Shown here one piece after another: positions 26,436-35,400 of a stretch of 64,000 nucleotides of DNA. The position numbers and the translations under genes were made by a program. The notes below the pieces were generated by a model. It saw nothing but the letters and a program-made list of their open reading frames with translations, had not been told where the DNA came from and ran no database searches. The stretch is from Microcystis sp. LSC13-02 (GTDB lineage Bacteria > Cyanobacteriota > Cyanobacteriia > Cyanobacteriales > Microcystaceae), in NCBI RefSeq assembly GCF_002282935.1, contig NZ_MTBT01000043.1, one strand, 5' to 3'. Numbering within the stretch: position 1 is the first letter of the stretch; the number at the start of each line of letters is the position of its first letter.

Positions 26436-29400
26436 ATGGACTTTCAAGATAAAAAGAACTTATCCGAAAACGAGCAATCAATCCAAACTAGAGTTTTTAA
26501 AGCTCTTAGTGAAGCTAAAGAAAAATTAAAAGCTTTCGAGTCTCAACAAAGCGAACCCTTAGCTATCGTGGGTTTAGGTTGTCGTTTCGGTCATAATATT
26601 GCGACACCTGAATCCTTCTGGTCTTTCCTGAAAGCGGGTAAAAATCACCTCAGAGAAATACCTAATGAGCGCTGGAACCAGCAGGATTTTTATGATTCAG
26701 ATCGGAATAAAGTGGGTAAAATCTATGTTTCTCAGGGGGGGTTTCTCGATGATGTCTCCCAGTTTGATGCCCATTTTTTCGGAATTGCTCCCAAGGAAGC
26801 CGTCGCTATGGATCCTCAGCAAAGGTTGCTTTTAGAGGTAGCCTATGAAGCTTTGGAAAATGCAGGAATGGCAACAACGACGGCTAGAAGGGGAAAAACA
26901 GGGGTTTTTATCGGGATTACTAATAATGACTATGCCCGTATTCTTACCTCAAATGAGGACTATAATGCCATCGGAGCCTATCATATTTCGGGCAATCATA
27001 CTAATGCGGCAGCTGGGCGTATTTCTTACCTTTTAAATCTTAATGGTCCGAGTTTGGCAGTAGATACCGCTTGTTCTTCTTCCTTAGTCGCTGTTCATCT
27101 GGCTTGCCGTTCCTTACGTTCCCAAGAATGCAGACAAGCGTTAGTCGGAGGAGTGAACTTAGTTTTAACTCCAGAAGTCGTCATCGCCTTGTGCCGCAAT
27201 CAGATGTTAGCCGCCGATGGCCAATGCAAAACCTTTGACGAAAGTGCCGATGGGTTTGGGATAGGCGAAGGTTGCGGAGTCATCGTCTTAAAAAGACTCA
27301 GTGACGCTCTTCAAGATGGCGATCACATTTGGGCAGTGATTCGGGGGACCGCAGTCAACAACGATGGGGCCAGTGGCGGCTTTACCGTTCCTAATGGGCC
27401 TGTGCAGAGAGAATTAATCAGAGAAGCTCTAGCTGATGCTCGTTTAGATGCCGCCGCTATCGATTATGTTGAAGCTCACGGTACAGGAACATCTTTGGGA
27501 GACCCCATCGAAATTAAAGCCATAGCCGAGGCATTATGCGTCAATCGTCGGAAATCTAACCCGTTATTAGTCGGTTCTCTCAAAACTAATTTAGGTCATC
27601 TGGCGGCGGCGGCCGGAATTTCAGGATTAATTAAAACCGCATTATCGCTACACTACCGTGAAATTCCGGCTCATCTGAATTTCAAAAAACCCAATCCTCA
27701 TATTAATTGGGATGCCTTACCGATTAGTATCGTCACGCAAAATTGTCCTTGGAATGTTAACAATGGCAAGCTCAAAGCGGCTGGAGTCAGTTCTTTTGGA
27801 GCATCGGGAACCAACGCTCATGTTATTTTAAGCGAACCGCCTCAACCGCAACCCCAAAACCCGAAAATATCCCCCATTCTCGTTACTTTTTCGGCTAAAG
27901 AACCCGAACGTTTACGTCTTTTTACGACTCAATTTGTGGATTATCTTGAGCAGAAAACATCTCTCAACGTCAAGGACATTGCTCTATCTTTAAATACCGG
28001 TCGTTTTCCCCATAAACACCGCCTTGCTCTTTTAGTTTCTAATCAAGAGAATCTGCGCCAAGGAATTCAGGCTTTTCTCAAGAGCGATGGGGATGAAAAG
28101 CACTTTCAAAATAATAGCTTCGACATTATTTATGGAGAAGCGCAAAGCAATCCTAAAATTGCTTTTCTCTGCAATGACGAGCAAGAAATTAGTCCAGAAA
28201 TCCCAGAAATCATTGAAACCCTGCTCAATAATGAGCCAGTATTTTATGATGCTTTTAGGCAGTGCGATCATCTGTTTAAAAAATATTTAGAATTTTCTCT
28301 TCAGGAATTATTGTCATCTAAAAAAGCCTTAGAGCCTCAGATTCCTTTGTCTGTACAACCGTTATTATTTGCCTATCAATATGCTCTTTGTGAACTCTGG
28401 AAATCGTGGGGAATTTCGCCTTCTGCGATTTTAGGTTCTGGATTAGGGGAATATCTCGCCGCTCAACAAGCGGGAGTTTTTTCCCTTGAAGATACCGTCA
28501 AGCTGGTGGCGAAACGCGCTCAAATTAGCCCACAAAACCCCAACGCAGAAGACCTTTTATCCTTGCTCAAAAGCACCCCAGAAGTCGATTCTAACTCTCC
28601 CGATATTACCCTAATTTATCAGGGTGAAGTTGTGAAAAAATCTCTCACAAATTCAGTTAATAGAGGGGAAAGGATTAGGCAGAAATCCGACGAAATCGCC
28701 CAGGGAATTTCTACTTTGCATCAAATGGGATATCAAATCTTCCTAGAAATGGGAATTAGTGCCAATCTCATTAATATAGGTCGTCAAAAGTTAGGGGTAA
28801 ATTCAATTCTATGGTTATCTAGTTTAGGGGAGGATTGTCACAGTGATCAGCATGAGCAAAGGGTGCTAGGTCAACTCTATGTACGAGGATTTAATATTAA
28901 CTGGGAAGCCTTTCATCGCTCACATCTGGGGCAAAAAATTAGTTTACCTAATTCGCCTTTTATCCGCAAACGCTACTGGATAAATTCTGGCAATAAATCA
29001 GAGTCTTCTAGCTATAAAAACCCTAATTATTACTCTGGACATCCCTTACTAGGCGATCATTTTCCTTCTCCCTTAGCTCTCCTTCAATATCGAGGCAATA
29101 TTAGTCAACATAAACCTGCATTTTTAAGAGAACATCAGGTTTTTGATCAGGCTATATTGCCAGCATCTGCCTTGATAGAAATGGCTTTAGCTGCCGGGGA
29201 GAATCAAAAAGTTATTTTAGAAAATGTTGAATTTAAGAAGGCATTAATTTTAAAAGATACGGAAGACACATTACAGTTAATCATTGAGCAAAAAAGCTTT
29301 AAAATTTACCATGCACTTGAGCCAAATTGGGAAATATTAGTTACTGGAAAAATTGATGAATTGAAATCAACTAATTTACCCCATTGTCATCTAGAAGAAA

Positions 29401-32400
29401 TCGTAAAAAAATGTTCTGAAGAAGTCGATATCAACTCCTTTTATGAAACTTATCAAAAATCAGGGATAAATTACGGGAGTAACTTTCGGCTCATTCATCA
29501 ACTGAAGCGGGGGGAAAATACAGCTTTTGCTCAAATCAAATTAACCGATAGGTTAGAGCGGGAAAAATATCATTTTCATCCAGCTATGTTAGACGCTTGT
29601 TTTCAAGGGATTGCTGCCATTTTATTTAAAGAAGAATCCTCAGTAACTTATGTTCCTGTTCGCCTTGGGCAATTGGCATTTTTCCACCCTCCTGATGAGC
29701 AGGTAATCAGCGCGGTTCGACTGAAAAACTCCTCCCCTAACCCTAACATTATTATCGCTGATATTGATATCTATTCCCCTCAAGGTCAACCCTTGGCATC
29801 CCTCATCAACTTAGAACTAAAAGCCGTTCAATCTCAAGAGATTATCCCCCAAGAAATACCCCCTCAAATCTATCTAGAAGAATGGATGCCTTGCGAGGAA
29901 TTATTAGGGAATGGTAGAGACACTTTAGTAGCTCCCCAGGTGATTAAAAATCAAATTCACCCCGCACAGTTAGAACAACAACTAGGGGAAAAATTGGGGC
30001 AATATGAGAGCTTAATGGAGGCCTTGGAAAAGTTAAGCGTTGTCTATATCTGGGAAGCCTTAACAAAACTTAATGGACAGCCAAAATTAGGTCAAACTTA
30101 TTCCGAAGCACAGATAGCAAATCAAGGTCAAATTGTTGATTTTTACCGACCTTTATTATCTCGATGTTTAAGTATTTTAGCTGAAGAAAAAATCGTTAAT
30201 CAGACAAAAGATGGCTGGTTATTCGTCAAAGAATTAGAAGCACCTTCATCGCCATCGCAAATTAAAATTCTCCGCCAAGAATTTGCCGATTATCCAGCAG
30301 AAATTAGTCTAATGGAGCGTTGTGGCTCTGCTTTGGCATCAGTCATGAGTCGTCAAGTTGAGCCATTAGAATTACTCTTTCCTCAAGGGGATTTAGAAGC
30401 GATCGCAGCAATTTATTCGGAAGCTGCCGGAGCTAAATTGATGAATCAGTTAGTCGCCACCACAATCAGCCGTGCTATTGCGAATTTCCCCCCCTATTAT
30501 CCCCTAAGAATTCTCGAAATTGGGGGAGGAACAGGAGCCGTTACTGCTGGCATTTTACCTCACTTACCGACAGAACATATCGAATATGTATTCACCGATA
30601 TTTCCTCTAGTTTCTTAACAAGAGCCAAGGAAAATTTTAGAGACTATCCCTTTATTAAATATCAAACTTTAGACATTGAAAAAAATCCCTTTACTCAAGA
30701 TTTTCTCCCCGGCAGTTTTGACATAATCATCGCCGCTAATGTTCTTCATGCCACAGCCAACCTTCAAAAAACCCTTGAAAATGTGCGCTCTCTCATCGCT
30801 CCTAAGGGACGACTAATCCTCTTAGAAAGTACAGGGGCAAGACGTTGGGTAGATTTAACCTTTGGCTTGACAGAAGGATGGTGGTTATGTAGTCAAGATC
30901 TGCGCCGGAATGGTTATCCGTTAATCAGCACAAAAGATTGGCAAAATTTACTGATTGAGAATCAATTTGAAGACATTAATATTATCGAACCAAGCCAAGC
31001 AAAAACCCGAAATTTATTAAAACAAAGTGTCATCATTAGTCGAAGCAGTGAGCAATTACCTTCTCTTCCGGCAAAATCTTACTATCATCAAATAATCTGG
31101 GCAGATAGTCAAGGAATTGCTAACGGTTTAATCCCTCTATTCCAACAGAGAGGAATAAGTTGTTCTTGCGTCTTTTCCAAAGATATTAACCCGGAGATGG
31201 CTGAAGATTACCTATCAATATTGAGAAACTCGATAACTTCAGAAACTCGTCAAATACTGTACTTCTGGGGCTTAGAAAAAATCCCTGGAGAAATTGATCA
31301 ACAAGTCGAGATTCATTGTCAACGATTTCTCTTTTTCTTACAAGCCTTATTGCAGCAAGAAAATCCGCCGGCTCTGATTTTAGTGACTCAAGGAGCAGTA
31401 CCAGCAAAAGCCATTAAAACCCTGACCTCTCCCTCTCAAGCATCCTTATTAGGAATAGCCTTCAGCCTAGTCTTAGAACATCCTGAACTTAATTTCAAGG
31501 CAATTGACCTAGATCCAGATGAAGTAAACTCAGCCGACAAACTGCTGCAAGAAATCTACAGTAATCCCCAAGAAAACCGGGTTGCTTTGCGGGGGGAACA
31601 GCGTTTTTATCCCCGTTTAGTGCAGAGAAAACTTGAAGATGGAAATATCAATTTTAGTCCTGATGGCTATTATTTAATCACAGGAGGCACAGGGGGGTTA
31701 GGATTAGCAACAACCCGATGGATGATTGAAAAAGGGGCGCGGAATCTAGTTTTGTGTAGTCGTCGAGGGGCAGAAGGAATTAGCCCTGAAATATTAGCCA
31801 ATCTCTCCTCTAGTGGGGCAGAAATTACCATCAAAAAACTTGATATTACTGATGCTGAAAAACTGCACACTGTCTTAGAAGAATGCCGTTCTAAATATCC
31901 TGTGCGGGGCGTTTTTCACATTGCTGGAACCTTAGACGATACAACCTTATTAAGACTAACACCAGAGCGCTTTAATTATGTTTTAGCTCCCAAAGTTAAA
32001 GGAACTTGGTTGCTTCATCAACTCACCCTAAATGACCCATTAGAATTCTTTGTCTGTTATACTTCTGCTGTATCTTTAATTGGCTCAGCTGGACAAGCTA
32101 ATGCTGCGGCAGCTAATGCCTTTGAAGACGCTTTTATCTATTATCGTCAGGCGCATCATTTACCCGGAACGGTCATAAATTGGGGTCCTTGGAGCGAAAT
32201 AGGTGCAGCAGTAGATCGCAATGTTTTGGAGAGATTAGCCGCTAAAGGATATGCGGCTATGAAACCCGATTTAGCCCTTAATGCTCTGGAAAAAATTCTC
32301 CTAAATCAGATTATTCGCGCTGGTGTAATTAAGATTGACTGGCAACAATTTCCTTATATTCATCAAAACTTTTATAAAAACTTTCTGCCTCAAGGAAAAC

Positions 32401-35400
32401 CCCAAGCTGCCCCCTCATCTGAGTTTTTAAAACAATGGCAAAATTTAACCTTAAAAGAGCGTCCTAATTGGCTAACTAATCATATCATTATGCGTGTTTC
32501 TAATGTCTTAGGACACTCAAATGATGAAACTTTTTCCCCTCAACAAGGCTTTTTTGATTTGGGGATGGACTCTCTCACTTCTACAGAGTTACGAAATCTG
32601 TTACAAACTGACTTTAATTGTTCTCTCCCTTCGACGATTACTTTTCGTTTTCCGAATGTTGAAGCCTTGGCTAATTATTTACAGCGAGAAGTTCTAGATA
32701 ATTCTCAACCGGTATTTACCCCTCAAATAAAAGCAGAAATTTCTCAAAAACAGCCAGAAAAATCACAACTCGATGATGATCCTATTGTTATTGTCGGCAT
32801 GGCTTGTCGATTCCCCGGCGGTGCTAAGAATTTACAATCTTTCTGGGAACTTTTAGAACAGGGAAAAGATGCTATAACAGAAATTCCTCAAGATCGCTGG
32901 GATCAGGAAACATGGTATGATCCTAATCCCGATGTCCCTGGCAAAATATACGCTCCTTACGGTGCATTTCTAGAACAAATTGAGGAATTTGATGGAGAAT
33001 TTTTTGGCATTATTCCTAGAGAATCTGTCGCTATGGATCCTCAGCAGCGTTTACTCTTGGAAACTACTTGGCAAGCTTTAGAATCTGCTGGACAAAATCC
33101 CCAAAAACTACGCAACAGTCAGACGGGAGTTTTTATCGGTTGCATGACGCAAGATTATGCCCAATTAAGTTATTCTCCTCAAGCCATTAATGCTTATACT
33201 GGTTCAGGAACTTCTGTTAGTATGGCGGCGGGTCGTCTTTCTTATGTCCTTGGTTTACAGGGTCCATCAATGACCATTGACACCGCTTGTTCCTCCTCAT
33301 TAGTAGCGATTCATTTAGCTTATAATGCCTTACTTAATGGTGAGTGCGATCTGGCTTTAGCCGGAGGGGTTAATATTATTTTAACTCCCATTATTTCTTT
33401 AATCGAAAGTCGCGCCCATATGCTTGCCCCTGATGGACATTGCAAAACCTTTGATGAGAGCGCAAATGGCATGGTGCGAGGAGAAGGCTGTGGAATAGTT
33501 GTTCTGAAAAGATTGAGCCAAGCGGTTAAGAATGGAGACCAAATTTTGGCGAAAATTTATGGCACAGCCGTCAATCATGATGGTCCAAGTAGTGGGCTAA
33601 CCGTTCCTAATGGTCAAGCTCAAGAAAAATTATTATATCAAGCCCTTAAACGTGCTAATCTCAAGCCTGAACAAATCGATTATATCGAAGCTCACGGCAC
33701 TGGAACAGCCCTTGGTGATCCGATTGAATTAGAAAGTATGTCCGCCGTTTTTGGTCAACGCTCCCCTAATCGGCCTTTAATTATTGGTTCAGTAAAAACG
33801 AATTTAGGCCATTTAGAAGGTGCTGCCGGAATTGCCGGATTAATTAAAACCGTTCTAGCGTTACAACACCATAAAATACCTCCTCATCTTCACTTTAAAA
33901 ATCCTAATCACCGCTTTGATTGGAGTTCTCATATTTTTGAAGTTCCTGTACAAGGAAAACCTTGGAATATCAGCGAACGTCCAAGGATTGCTGGAGTAAG
34001 TTCCTTTGGATTTAGTGGAACGAATGCTCATATCATTGTTGGGGAAATTGACGCTGATTTACCTCAACCTTCGGAGAATAATTTTTATCTATTACCCCTT
34101 TCGGCTCGCTCTGAAAAATCGCTGCAAGAGTTAGCGAGAAATTATCAAGATATTTTGACTGAGTCTATCAATTTAGCTGATGTTTGTTTTACCGCCAGTA
34201 CAGGACGGGGGATTTTTCCGCAACGAATCTGTATTTTAGCAGACTCAATAACCACGGCACAACGAGCATTAATTGATTACCAAGATGGTGAAAATTCTGA
34301 CTCATTAATCCGACCGATTTTATCAGAGACTCCGCCAAAGATAGCTTTCCTCTTTTCTGGACAAGGCTCTCAATATTCGGGCATGGGAGAAACCCTTTAT
34401 AACCGAGAAGTTGTTTTCAAGGAAACATTAGATCTTTGTGCTCAAATTCTAGAACCCCTTTTAGAAAAATCTCTCTTAGATTTAATCTTTCAAGAGCAAA
34501 ATAGTGAGTTATTAGAGGAAACCCAAATCACTCAGCCGGTGATTTTTTCCCTTGAATATGCACTTGCCAAATTATGGCAATCTTGGGGAATACAACCTTC
34601 AGCCCTTTTAGGACATAGTATCGGGGAATATGTGGCGGCTTGTTGGGCAGGAGTCTTTTCTTTAGAAGATGCCTTAAAATTAGTGACTCAACGGGGTAAA
34701 TTAATGGGAAAATTGCCCCATAATGGCAGTATGTCCGCTATTTATGCTGATTATGAGACGGTAGCAAACGCTCTAACTTCTTATGAAAATCAAGTTAATA
34801 TTGCTTCAGCCAATGGCTCAATTACCGTCATTTCTGGATTTAAAGAGATTGTTGAGCAACTGGAAAAAAACTTTATTGATCAAGGGCATAAAACTAAACG
34901 TTTAGCGGTATCTCATGCTTTTCATTCTCCTTTAATGCAGCCCATTCTTGATGATTTTTCCCAGGTCTTAAAAACAATTTCTTTTCATGAACCTAGCTTA
35001 ACGATTATTAGTAATCTGACAGGGAAAGCTGTAGGTTCAGAAATTACAACTCCTGATTATTGGGTAGATCATCTGCGTAGTACTGTACAGTTTAGTCAAG
35101 GATTTCAGTCTTTAATTGATCAGGGTTATCGTTGTTTTCTAGAAGTCGGTTCTAAGCCTGTATTACTGAGTATGGCTCGCCTTATTTCTGCCAACCAGGA
35201 TCTATTATGGTTGCCTAGTATTGTACCCGGGCAGGATGAACAGGCACAAATGTATAGAAGTTTAGCGACACTTTTTGTTAATGGTTATTCTGTAGACTGG
35301 ACTACAGTATTTAAACAAGGTAAGCGGATTATTTTACCGACTTATCCCTTTCAAAGAGAACGGTATTGGCTATCTAATTCGGAATTTTCTCTAGGGCAAA

